From the NCBI RefSeq assembly GCF_018977255.1, contig NW_024704743.1, positions 65,598,001 through 65,662,000 on the forward strand: a DNA stretch of 64,000 bases, in the 5' to 3' direction. Source of the stretch: Callorhinchus milii (lineage: Eukaryota). Below, one piece after another: positions 13,466 through 25,282 of the stretch (positions are counted from its first letter, which is position 1; each line of letters begins with the position of its first letter). The translations under genes and the position numbers were made by a program. Under the pieces are notes generated by a model that was not told the origin of the DNA, did not search any database, and saw only the letters and a program-made list of their open reading frames with translations.

Positions 13466-13781
13466 GAGTCCTATAGCTCAGTGGTTAGAGCACTCGCTTT
13501 GCAAGCGAGAGACCTGAGTTCAATTCCAGGCAGGGCGAAACCTTGGGCAAGTTTCCTTACTCCACATGTCTGATAATAATCCCTCCGAAACCAAAAACAA
13601 TAATAAATTGTCATTTTCAATCTACGACTGTTTGTGGGACATTGCTGTGCGCAATTGGCTGCCGCGTTCGCCCACAAATATACAGTCAATTCACTTTACA
13701 GTGTGTTCTGTGAAGCGCTTTGGGACGTCCTCCCGACGTGAAAAGCGCTATATCAATTTCAAGGATTATTATTATTATTAT
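13466..13781 (+). mobile_element. Full-length young tRNA(Ala)-derived SINE, short subfamily
   Basis: A box TAGCTCAGTGG; anticodon arm CTCGC-TTTGCAA-GCGAG (TGC); B box GTTCAATTCC; Deu-like 3' body; L2-like tail ending (ATT)n. Confidence 0.92.
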
Positions 13782-15171
13782 GAAGTTTACAAATGAGTAA
13801 TCTGGTGAAAATAATGACTTCATTTGAACTCTGCTCACCCTCAATTACTAGATAAACTCTTCCTGTTATAATGGAAACAGATACGGCATTTGTTACAAGT
13901 ACAAAATAAAAGGGGCTCTTCAGTGCACAGAAAGTAGTCGCATTGGTTGTTTCGAGTGGGTAATCCTGTACTGTTTATCTTAACTGAGGTCGCTGTGTAC
14001 TACATTAAATCAACAGCGTGGCAAGTGATCTTCATTCGTGTTTGGAGTTGGTGAATGAAGTCAGTCACTGTACAGTTTATTTCTAGATTTTTTTATATAC
14101 AGAAGTCTATTCAGCAGGGATTGTTAGATCAGTGAGGCAATTGGAAAGTTTTATTTTAGAAAAATCCTTAATGCATGTCCTTGAATGTTCCCTCAAAAGC
14201 ATTTTTCAGGAAGAATTGACTGTGTTGATGGAGTATCTCAAATTTAAGTAATTTTTTTTACAGTGGGGTTGAAAAAGTGGCCTTTGTAAACTGGTCGTTT
14301 TTGTACTATTTACGACCTGTGGATTGTAATGTTTGTTGGCTCCCCACTTTCAGGAAGTTTCAAATGAGAATAAAGCTCAGATTCCCCCAAAAGATTGGTA
14401 AATAAACCTCTGGCTGGCAAATGATCTGTGCCAGCTTTCAGATTCTTCTTTAAATAAAGAAAATTTGACAATATGTGTGGTTTCAGGTATAAGAATCCCT
14501 TAATTTGATATAGTGCCTTTCACATTGGGAGGACGTGCTTAAAAGGATTTACTGTAAAGTGTAGTGCCTGTTTTATAGACTTTGTAGGCTAAAGTGGCAG
14601 CAAATTTATGTAGAGCAATGTCCCGCAAATGGCTACGGTATAATAACCCAGAAGCTGCAATTAGCACACTAGTTTGTGAATGCTGCATTTTCAACCCAAG
14701 ATAGCTAATATTTGTATGGCCCACATCATTTCTGATTTGTAGGTTGAATTAACTATGTATAAAGTACCTGTTCACAGAGTAAATTGCAGATGTCCTTAAT
14801 TATGTAATTAGCAACCAATGAAAAGCATTTCAGGTGATTCTGTAAACCTTAACTCTGGTTCATTACAAAGGGCATCATTTGCATTTTCACATTGTTAACT
14901 CAACCTGCAAAACATGCATATAATTTGTTGACATTAACTGCAAATTAAGCTCATTTGAGCTGTCTCACTACGAGATAAATCATTATATAAAATAAACCAT
15001 TATTATTAGACTCCCATACTCTATTTATACAATTTACCTAAATGGCAATTAAGCTTTCAGTCACTGTACCCTTCCCATATCCCTCCATCTTGCTCCCTTC
15101 CTGTGGTCAAAACCCTTCAAAAACTACCTTTTCGCATTTGATCACCTCCCTCCTGAGTTTCCTACTTTTTC

Positions 15172-16430
15172 ATAGATTCATGGAAGGTACAGCTCAGAAA
15201 CAGGCCATTCAGTGTTCCATCCAGCCTGAGTGGTGTTTATACTCCACACAAATGCCCATTGTACATCCTATCCTAGTTTCATATGCTGGCCTTCTCCCCA
15301 TAACCCTGAACTTTATTTTCTCTCAATTATATATTCTGACTTTTTTGGTGTATATTTATGATTGCTGCCCAGCAACTAATTGTGGCAAAGAATTCTACAC
15401 TCCCACCACTCTCTGGGTGAAAGAGTTCCTCCTAATCCCTGTTCTGAATCTGCCTGTTATGATATTTTTAGGGTGCAGCCGGGTGTCTGACACATACAGA
15501 AACCCGTCACCATGCTTAAGAGCATCCAAAACAAACATTCCATGCATCCCACCTATACATGGAGATTCCAGAGGTATTTATTGGATTAGAATGTGCATCT
15601 CTTTCTGGAGGGATGCATCCTGCTTACCTAATTCCAGAGAGTATTAGGTGCAGTTTGGCAAGAGCTAAGGCTCAGGGGCGCCAATGTATGCGTTGATGTC
15701 TAACCAGCTAAAATCACATAGCTTACCAGGTTATGATTTTAAAAGTATACCCACTAGTTCTAGACTCCCTGACCATTGTAAATAATGTTTCCCTGTTCAC
15801 CTTATTTAAGCTTTATTCATGATTATTCATCATCTTACCTCTATCTTATCTCCTCTCGGCCTTCCGAGCTCCAAAGACAGAAAGCCCCAGTCAACAACAA
15901 CAACTTGCGTTTATATAACGCCCTTCGCACAGGGTAGTGTCCAGAGCCGTGACTGTTTTTTCTCATTCCAGGCAACATTACATCCTGGTGAATCTCCTCT
16001 GCACCACCCCCAGCGCTTTTACATCCTTCCTAACCGAGAAGCCCAAAACTGCACGCAGTATTCCAATTGCGGTCTGATCAGTGTAGCGTTCAAATTCAAC
16101 AGTGACCTCTTTATCCTTTACTCTATTCTCCTAGTTTGCCCACTGGCTTTTAATGGCCTTATCCATCTGGGTCACTGCCTTCAGTTACCTGTGAATCTGT
16201 ACTCCTATTTCCTTTGTTTTTCCACCACTATAAGATTTTTTGCACTTTAACTTATAGGTCCTCCCTATGATTCTTCTCCCAAAATAAACAACCTAATTTT
16301 TTTTCATTGAACTGCATCTGACTTTTGTCTACCCATTCAGCCATCTGATCAATATATACAATATATATTTTATTTTGATTCCCCTCAATATTTACTAATC
16401 CCCTAACCTTCGTATCATCTACAAACATTA
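15172..16430 (-). mobile_element. Decayed CR1 LINE interrupted by a retroposon (15464-15729) and an L2 tail (15893-15950)
   Basis: Reverse CR1 3' UTR (cagaaacaggccattc), ccaccactctctgggtgaaagagtt, cccaaaactgcacgcagtattcca (reverse of LEYCVQFW). Confidence 0.75.
15464..15729 (-). mobile_element. 5'-truncated copy of unnamed A-tailed retroposon with 8-bp TSD GTTATGAT
   Basis: Similar to the reverse complement of 39010-39280; GTTATGAT at 15456-15463 and 15730-15737. Confidence 0.7.
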
Positions 16431-16477
16431 CTTGGGTCCCTGTGAAGCACTTTGAAATATTATTCTAAAAGGTGTTG

Positions 16478-16798
16478 AATAATAATAATAATAATAATCC
16501 TTGCATTTGATATAGCGCTTTTCACGTTGGGAGGACGTCCCAAAGCGCTTCACAGAACACACTGTAAAGTGAATTGATTGTATATTTGTGGGCAGACGCG
16601 GCAGCCAATTGCGCACAGCAATGTCCCACAAACAGTCGTAGGTTGAAAAATGACCAATTTATTATTGGTTTTGGTTTTGGAGGGATTATTATTAGGCGTG
16701 TGGAGTAAGGAAACTTGCCCAAGGTTTCACTCTGCCTGGAATTGAACTCAGGTCTCGCTTGCAAAGCGAGTGCTCTAACCACTGAGCTACAGGACTCC
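16478..16798 (-). mobile_element. Full-length young tRNA(Ala)-derived SINE, short subfamily
   Basis: Reverse complement of the 13466 copy with few differences. Confidence 0.92.
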
Positions 16799-16858
16799 AC
16801 AAAGATTTTATTAGGTGCTGTTGTAAATTGTTCTTAATTTTCTCTAAATTGGGGAACA

Positions 16859-17392
16859 GATGTCAGCCTAACTCAGTCAGTAGCGTTCTCACTTCTGTGT
16901 CAGAAGGTTGTAGGTTCAAGCCCCAAGTCTGGACTTTTACAACACTTTGTTGGAGTGTCAACCAAGTCTGGAGCTCAGAGTGCTGAAATACCAGGTTCCA
17001 TCCTTTGAATGAAACTTTAAAACATTTGCCTTCAAAATACGCAACAAATCCTGTGAACTGCCTTGAGACATCCTCCTGTCTTGAAACTTGCCACTACATC
17101 AAACACAATAATTATAAATTATTACAAAGCGAGCTTTTGTCTGTCTGTTGAAATGAATGATAAACATCCTATGGCTCTATTCAAAACGAAAAGGGAGTTT
17201 CTCCCAGTTTCCTGACCGACGATACTTCAGATAAAATTGGCTTTTAACAGTTAATTAACAGTTTCTGTTACATTGCTGTGCGTAAATTAACTGCCATGTT
17301 CGCCTAAAGAATATAGTCACTACACTTCACAGGAACTTTATGAAGTGTTTTGAGATGTTATAGGAGCTATATCAAATGCAATAATTATTATA
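16859..17392 (+). mobile_element. Old Deu-domain-type SINE(s), decayed and rearranged
   Basis: tgtcagcctaactcagt head, gaaggttgtaggttcaagcccc B-box region, gggagtttctcccag core, (ATT)n tail. Confidence 0.6.
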
Positions 17393-17429
17393 ACAGTCTT
17401 GAAAGTGACTCTGGAGGATGTTACATTAG

Positions 17430-17915
17430 AGTACATTAGAATATTCAGCACAGAAACAGGCCATTCGGCCCAACTGGTCTATGCCGGTGTTTATGCTCCA
17501 CATGAGCCTCCTCCTGCCCTTCCTCAACTAAACCTTCAAGCATAACCTTCTATTCCTTTCTCCCTCATGTACCTATACAGCTTTCCCTTAAATACATCTA
17601 TGCTATTTACCTCACCAACTCCTTGTGGTAGCATGTTCCACATTCCCACTACGCTCAGTGTGAAGAAACTTCTTCTAACTTCCCTATTTGATCTATTTGT
17701 GACTATTTTATATTGATGGCCCCTGGTTTTGGTCTCCCCCACAAGTGGAAACATCTTCCCTATGTCTACCCTATCAAAACCTTTCATCATTTTAAAAACC
17801 TCTATCAGGCCACCCCTTACCCTCCTCGTTTCAAGAGAAAAGAGTCCAAGTATGTTCAACCTTTCCTGATAGGTATAACCTCCCTCAGTCCTGGGATCAT
17901 CCTCGTGAATTTTGT
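17430..17915 (-). mobile_element. CR1 LINE 3' fragment
   Basis: Minus ORF YQERLNILGLFSLETRRVRGGLIEVFKMMKGFDRV...TRGHQYKI...FFTLSVVGMWNMLP. Confidence 0.9.
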
Positions 17916-18694
17916 TGATGAGCTTTTGTTCGTGATGAACCCTAACATGATTAGATCGCTCCAGTTGCATAAATGTTAAGAATGATCTGGACTGTTTCTA
18001 TGAGGGTTTTCATGCTGCAAAAGGGTGTCTGGACCTGATGTCTGCAGATAAGCTACAGCTAGCTTTCTGGAATGATGCGCTTATGTCTGAATTGGATGTT
18101 TGACTGGATAGTTCTTTATTCTCGTTTGACACAGAAAGTTAAATAGTCTGACTGGGTGCAATGTTTTTGCAGCTATACTTGGATTGTTATTAAATAAAAT
18201 CACGTTTCGACCTTCTGGATATGTATATATAGGGGGTTTATCACTCTTCTTTTCCCAAAGTGGTTCGGTTGGGCGCCCGAATGGAATGCTAATATGTCTC
18301 AGCTAGATTTCATGTTTTGAAGAATGGCGAGTCAGTGGTATAAAAACTGTGCAACTGCAGTCTTTAGTAGGAAACCGTCTGACTAATAGTGACTGGGAGG
18401 GGGCAGTGGAAAGCTATTATACTATTCCAGTGCTGTGCCATCACAGTTATGCACCCAGTACAGCCCCTGATCTAACCAGCATGGTTTTGTAAGTGGTATT
18501 GAGGAGACTGTTATAAATCAGTGATATAAACAGTGGCTTGAGAATTACGTATGTGTAACATTCCTCCAGAACTACCACTTCCAGTGCAGGAATAATTTTG
18601 TTTCCAGATGTGCTTATTTTGTAATAATTTTATTATTTTTAATAAGCACTCCGATTTAAGGACTTTTTCTGCTCCAGAGGGAGAGAATGCACTC

Positions 18695-18942
18695 CACGTG
18701 TACGTAAGCGGTCGCGAACATTGTGTCCTTAGTGGTAACAATCTGGATGTTCTATCACTGAGAAAATAGCAGTAGTAACTGAACTAAATGAACCAGACAA
18801 ATACTTGAACTCATAGTCACTGAGCTGGGTTTAAGGACGACTAATATTATTTCAGTCACCAGGTTTGAGTTCCACTGCAGCCAGTTTAAAGACACGCCCC
18901 AAGTCCTGCCTCCTTGTTTACATTTTCCATGGCCATATTTGG
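18695..18942. promoter_or_regulatory. Candidate intronic promoter/enhancer: E-box, steroid-receptor-like palindrome, KLF/SP box, forkhead site, CArG box
   Basis: CACGTG 18695, CGAACAttgTGTCCT 18715-18729, CACGCCC 18893, TGTTTAC 18915, CCATATTTGG 18933-18942, all in repeat-free DNA. Confidence 0.45.
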
Positions 18943-19344
18943 CCGGTGTGAAGTCTCCTGCATATCTGGTAAGACCAGTCACCTTCAGTGGGAGGAAAGA
19001 GCACAGTTGAGTGAAAGAATGAGGGGTTGCTCTGCAGAGCTTTTGCAGTCGTATAACTCTGGAGTTAAGTGGAGTTACCTTGAAGCTGAGCTCTTCGGAG
19101 TAATCCTTCATTAGCTGCAGTAATGAGACATGGTGTGAAAGGTGAGGCATTTGCATTTAGCAACAATTGTGATTTTTAAAGTCTATGCGTAGTTAAAGGG
19201 AAAAGGAGAGGATGAGAGGAAAGGGGGATAAAGCCAGAGAAATACTACCTACCTGTTTGTGAAAAGGAATGTAGCACTGAACAAGTCCAGAGTTGTCGGT
19301 ATAGGTGAACATATTTTTCCCAATCATTTGACTTAACTTAGCCT

Positions 19345-19395
19345 TTCTCTCTGTCTGTCTGTCTGTCTGTGTGTGTGTGTCTGTCTCGCTCTCTC
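19345..19395. repeat. (CT)n(CTGT)n(GT)n compound microsatellite
   Basis: Direct reading. Confidence 0.85.
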
Positions 19396-20299
19396 AAGTG
19401 CCTTCCCTCCCAGCATTGATCCTTTCCTGTCGAGTTTTGTACTCGCTGTGATTGGGAGAGTACAGAGAGGAGGCCAGGTTTGTTTACCTAGCTGGATTCC
19501 CTCTGCCAGGAATTTTACAAGTGTTGAGCGAACGGCCGAAAGAGAGCCTCAGGATGTGTTTTTGAATGTTATCAGTCTGCTCTTTATCACGTTTGCTCTT
19601 ATTTAGGTTGTGTTTGCAGAACGCTCCTGGCAGCACATGGCGAGCTGGAAAGTTGGCTGCACACTGCGCCAAAACAAGAGAACTGTTTATAAGTGTTCCA
19701 GATTTAATTCCAGCCAATTAGTCTGATAATGCTTGCAGTGTAGTGTCAGCATTTTCCAGTATTTTTCTAAAGCCGTAAATTCTCTAACCGGTGGTTAATC
19801 TCTAATTGGGGATTTTTATTGTGCAAACAAGATCAGAACATTTCCTCACCTGGACAGCGGATGGCAAGTCAGCCTGTTCACATCTATGTTGTGAGTTGTA
19901 TTGACAATGGTTAAAAGAACACTGAAAAGAAACTCCCAACATTTTATATTGATGTAAAATGAATTATACGGGTGTGATTATGATACAGAATCCTCTATGA
20001 ACCAGCCTTCTCATGTTCTACCCCTGCACACAAAGATTGACCCATTTTTCTTTAAACGGGGAGAAAGAGCTTGCATTTTTATAGTGCTTTAGACTTAGAA
20101 ATACCTCAGAGAGATCATTTAACATGGACATCTATGGCTCATCTCCCAGATGTAAAGCAAAATTTAATGTCAGAGAAGTGGCCAAGCAGTGGTGGCGATG
20201 GTGGTAGTGGAGGAGTTACAATGAGGGAGGGGGAGAGAGAAAAATTAAGAATGTTGTATTCTTAATTGCTCATATGGTATGTTGACTGCTGAGTGTGGC

Positions 20300-20500
20300 A
20301 CTTAGCTATAGAGAACAGGAAGGTTTGATTCCCGGGCTGTACTGTGTTAGTTTATCTCAAGACTGACGGGCAGTATGGATAGTGCAATGGCCTCAGAGCC
20401 CTTGGGCTAGGGAGGAGAAATAACAGCCAAATCTACTTGTTTGTTTTAAAGCGAGTCCTACTATAAACTGCATATGTGTGGATATAGGGTCAGAATAGGC
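20300..20500 (+). mobile_element. Ancient tRNA-derived SINE remnant (same family as 42430-42520, 43830-43980, 46580-46901 on -, 49540-49760)
   Basis: caggaaggtttgattccc B-box-like head; ggcctcagagcccttgggctagggaggagaaa core recurs in the other copies. Confidence 0.55.
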
Positions 20501-20829
20501 TTTAGACCTGGGGGCGATTGCGATATTTGTTAGTGAATTAAAGAGTGACCATGTTAATTTTCGTGCTGCCTTAGGTGAGGAATAGCATGACCTAGAGTAC
20601 AGATAAATGCATTGAAAATGTGTTTCTAAGCTGCAGTTTTTTGCCCAGAATAATATGCTGAACCTTCACAAACTTAATTTTTCTCTGGGTTGTACCTTTC
20701 TCGGAAGGTTTAATACATGTAAAACATGTACAGTTAATAACACATAAATGAAACATTGAAGTGTAAGTCACTGAGAGATACCTGGATCTCAGTGTAGCTT
20801 GATAGAAGTAATGATGGTTATGTGGAAAG

Positions 20830-21170
20830 AACAGGAGAAAGGTGGCCGAAAGCATGGAAAAAGCGGGAGGTTTGGCAATGCGGAGGGCAAGGCAGAGGGA
20901 CTCCGGGATGGGGTTCCAGAGGGTGGGGCAGAATGTTTAAACACAAGCCTATACCTATTCTCGATGATGAGTCTGAGGGGGTGCTGTTTTTGCTTGGGCA
21001 GTAGGGTTCCAGGAGGTCGCAGAGGTGGAGTGGTATGAGGTCATGGAGGTATTTAAAAGTGAGGATCTTGAACTTGCCCTCTGGGGGAGGCGAACCAGCA
21101 GAAGCTTGTGAGGGTGGGAGTGATGGGCTCCAGGAGCTTGTTGTGGTCGAGGACAGGAGCTTCGAATGGC
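20830..21170 (-). mobile_element. Decayed L2 3' fragment
   Basis: ggagggcaaggcagagggactccgggatggggttccagag...gtgaggatcttgaac is reverse L2 ORF2 C-terminus. Confidence 0.7.
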
Positions 21171-22468
21171 CGCAGCTTGGGTAGCAAAGAATTTTCCCTG
21201 ATTTAGAGCACCATTTCCAGAAGTAGATTGTCAGAACAGAGTTCCCACATATCAGTTAATAATGTAGTAATAATAATACTAAACCTTGCATTTTTAACCA
21301 ATCTGTAATGCCAAGTGTACTGATCGAGTATTTCAGCCGTGTATGGCCACAGAATACAGTCATTACATTTTACAGAAAACTCAGTGGAGTACTTTGAGAT
21401 GTTTCAACGTGAACAGGTGTTCTATAAAGTGCAAGAATTTTATTATTAAGGAATCCAGTTAGAAAAACTGCACATTTAAATGCTAAACTGCACAATGATT
21501 AGATGTACTGGTTCGTAAATATTGGATTGTGGACAGGTCGAGAAATAGAAACAAATGATCTTGTTAATTAACTTTGGAAGTCTAGGCATTTATTTGCCTT
21601 TGCCAGTATACAAACATTGTGTGGATTTTTGTGCTGTGCCTTGAAATCATGTCCTCCAGCAAAAATGTTTACTGTCTGTGGATGTTGTAAGCTCTTAGTT
21701 ATGATGCCTTGAGGGCAAAAGTCATCAATCACTTCAATTGCATCTTCATAGAAGATTTATGAAGCGAATGTCAGCAGGGAGATGTGATAAATATCTCCAG
21801 TTGTGAAGCTGACTGCCTGGTTCACCAGCAAGGAAGTCACAAATAAATGGCAGACAGCCTCACAAGTGAAGATAGTTATCTTATCTTGCTGCTTGCCCTG
21901 ACCTATTCTATTCATAACCACACTTCAAAAATAACAACTATTGGTTTAAACTTTTTTATTTGATGAATGAAAGCTATGAGAGTGCAGCTTATTTTAACGA
22001 TTTTCTGGGTGCATCAAAACAAAGGGAACAAGCACCATCACTGTCTGGTAAAAGAGCTGAAGTGAAAGAAAAGTGGCAAATACAAGTCCAAACATATTGC
22101 AACTCAATATGTCACGCAGCTTGTTTACAATTGGAATTGTGCACTCATTCCAATTAAAATGTTTTGCAGCTGAATTCCAACTCATTGTTGGAATGAGTGT
22201 CCTACTTTGGGACTTTAAACTTACAAAGTCTAGCCTGACACTCCAGTGTAGTACTAGGGGTGCTCACTCTATTTCTGGAAATAATGTCAGATTGCCCCAG
22301 CAATATGAAAGCGTGTAAATCTTTTGAAGTTCATATTACTTCTTGATGTTGGAGAAATAATTAATTAAACCTTACATTTAGTACTACCAATAATTCAGGA
22401 TATATCAGTGGTTCCGTGCCATTATATGCGGTCCGAATAACCAATTTTAATCTTTTTTCTTTTCTTAG

Positions 22469-23731
22469 TGTCACATACCCAAGGACCTATTGATGGAAGC
22501 CTGTATGCCAAAGTAAGAAAAAAAAGTGCATCTGAGAGCAACATTCCTGTTGGTGGTGCACCTGTGACAACTGGACCCGACCAAGTTGACCACACACTGT
22601 CAGTCAGCAGTGACTCCGGCAACTCTACAGCCTCCATACGAACAGACAGGACGGAGGAACATTTGCCACCTGGAGTCAAGCGGGAGCTGAGCCTGCAAGA
22701 GAAGGCTGATCTGGACAGGCTTCTGAGTGGGTTTGGGCTGGAGAATTCGGTACAATTGAAGGATATGTCGGAGACGAGAGTGAAGTACAGTGGAGTGCGT
22801 CACATTGTACCAGCTCAGGTCCACGTCAATGGAGATCTCAAAGCCAAGGACAGGGAGACTGATATTTTAGACGATGAAGTGCCAAACCATGATCTGCACA
22901 GTGTGGACAGCATAGGGACTCTCTCCTCTTCAGAGGGGCATCCATCAAACAATCTGGGCAACTTCAGTTTTCACAAGAGTAGTCAGAATTCCTTGCTGTC
23001 AGATGGATTTGGGAGCAACACTGGGGATGATCTGCACAATGCTATTGTACCAGACCTTGGTATAGGGGCAGAGACGATGTTTGATAGGACATTCGTCGGA
23101 GTTACCGAGGCAAAGAATGGCTTTCAGAGACCAAGAAACCCTTCGTTATCAGTGCAACCACAGGGTTATACTCAAAACATTTACTCAACTCAAACATGGG
23201 TGCACCAGCAGCAAATGGTTGTTGCCCAGCAGTACACCTACCCAGCAGAAAATGACTTGAGGTTTGCTGTGGCAAGCACTGCAGAGGATCAGAATGGCAC
23301 CCAAGCACAGCCCAAGCTTCCTGATACTCCAGCAAGGGGCTCTAGCAGCAGGGATGCTGTGCAGAGGGGTCTTGGTACATTATCAGGAGAAAATAAGTTG
23401 CAAGACAACCCAACCAGTGAGGTTTTGTTTGAAAAGCCAGATCTCCTCAAACGTTCTGAAGTCAATCAGAGCACTGAAGTCACAACAAAGTTAGCATCCA
23501 AAGAGGAAGATTTGTCTTCTTCCCCCACCTTGGATATTGATCAGTCGATTGAGCAGCTGAATAAGTTGATAATGGACTTGGACCCTACGTTTGTGCCAAT
23601 TCCTACGCGCGTTAACTCAGTGAAGAAAGGCTCCCTTATCAAGAAAGACGAAAACATTCAAGGAGGCAATAGTGTAACATCAGGACTCCAAGAACAAGCA
23701 GAAAGAGTTTCTGGAAATGAGTACCAACAAG
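22469..23731 (+). CDS. TNS3: Tensin-3 large central exon (VSHTQGPIDGSLYAKVRKK...RETDILDDE...LDIDQSIEQLNKLIMDLDPTF...NEYQQ)
   Basis: Long pyrimidine tract then ttag|, donor AAG|gtaaat; 1263 nt, phase 1-1; lies inside ORF 22468..23802; several motifs shared with human TNS3. Confidence 0.95.
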
Positions 23732-24204
23732 GTAAATGGATTGAATGGCAAAATTCAAAGTTCCCTGTAGGAAGTGAATCAGTCACAGAATCAGAGAAGT
23801 AAATTTTTGGTCATTTCTGCTAAAGCACTTCATATTCATATTGTTTTGTTTCTCTGCTGAATTAACTTTAAGCTGTGGTACAATTATACGTAGGAATCCT
23901 GTTCTCATGCCCCCAGTATAACCCTAACTCACTTATAGCACTGGTGTTCAGCCGACTTCCCGTACTGGCTACCCAGCCTCCTGCGCTAAAAAAGGGTTGT
24001 CATTGATGTCACTTCCTAGTGCTGCGCATGTGCAAAATGTGAAGGAATTGAGGAGGAGGAGAAGGAGGAGAGACTGGGAGAAGTTGATCGATCCTAACTT
24101 CAACCAATTCACACTGTATATTTTACAGCATACACCCATTATGTTTTACATTTGCCTGTAGATGATTGTTGAGTGAATTTAATCCCAGGGTACTGTAGAT
24201 CCCA

Positions 24205-25282
24205 GTTGGCTGCCTGGCTCAGTCGGTAGCACTCTTGCTTCTGGATCAGAATGCTGTGGGTTCATGTCCTGTATCAGAGACTTGGAGCTAATGGTCTCAG
24301 CTAATATTTCATTGCTGTGTTGTCGGAGGTGCTGTCCTTCAGATGAGGCACTAAACCCGGGTCTTATCTATCTGTTTAAGTGGTCATTAAAAATCTCTGC
24401 TACAATTCAAAGGGAGCGGGGTGTTCCTCCTGGTGTCCTGGTCAACAATCTTCCAGTTAAATTAGTCATTCAGATTTACCAGGATGGGTGGTTGAGGCCA
24501 GGACACCGAACTCATTTTATATTTTAAAAAAAGCTTGATTAGATGGGAGGATGATAGGGCGGGTATTCTGGAAGGGTGAGATCAGATGGGTCGAAAGGCT
24601 TTCTTCATTCAAACCGATCGTGTGATTGACAGGCTATGGGTGAGAGAGGGAGGAAGAAGTGAAGACATTGTGCAAAAAAAGGAAAAGTGGAGTAATTCTT
24701 GAACATACTTGCAGGCACTGTAAATACTATTTATTTCACGTCTACATTCCTACCTTACCTTTTCAACTGGGAGGCTGGCTGACAGCTGCTCTTTGGCTAC
24801 GTGTCCATGCTTCTCTACAGCTAACTGGTTCTCTTTAATTTAGTTCCTTCACTAACATGAAGTGTTGTTGGTCGTGTGAAGCTGAAAGTTGTAAGTTCTA
24901 CTCCCAAATCTGGACTTGAACTCACATAGAATAAGATGACACTCCAATGTGGTGCTGGGGGGATGTTGCATTGTTGGAGGCCCCGTCCTTCAGATGAGAC
25001 GTTAAACTGAGGTCTGCCAGTTCAAATGGATAATGAAGATCACATGGCACTATTCAAAAAGAAAAGGGAGTTTCTCCCGGTGTCCTGGTCAATTATCCCC
25101 CAAATACAATTGGTCACGTACTTCATGGGTGTTTGTGGGACATTGCTGTGCACGATTGTGCTGCCATGTTTACTTACAAATACACAGTCACTCCATTTCG
25201 CAGTAAATCCAATGAAGCTCTTTGAGATGTCCTTCTGACATGATAAGGCGCTATACCAAATGCAAGGATTATTATTATTATA
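24205..25282 (+). mobile_element. Two old Deu-domain-type SINEs (24205-24455 partial, 24880-25282) flanking a CR1 tail fragment
   Basis: gtccttcagatgagacgttaaactgagg...gatcacatggcactattcaaaaag...tgtcctggtcaa core; (ATT)n tail. Confidence 0.7.

Noticed and set aside
13466..13540. tRNA-Ala(TGC) gene (also at 16725-16798, 45963 and 59537)
   Set aside because: A/B boxes and anticodon arm are present, but the acceptor stem does not pair and the sequence runs into a SINE body and tail
15042..15647. 201-aa ORF on +
   Set aside because: Runs antisense across a CR1 remnant and an inserted retroposon; no protein-like features
23732..23802. ORF extension GKWIEWQNSKFPVGSESVTESEK beyond the large exon
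   Set aside because: Lies past a good donor at 23732 with downstream in-phase exons; no evidence for an intron-retained terminal isoform
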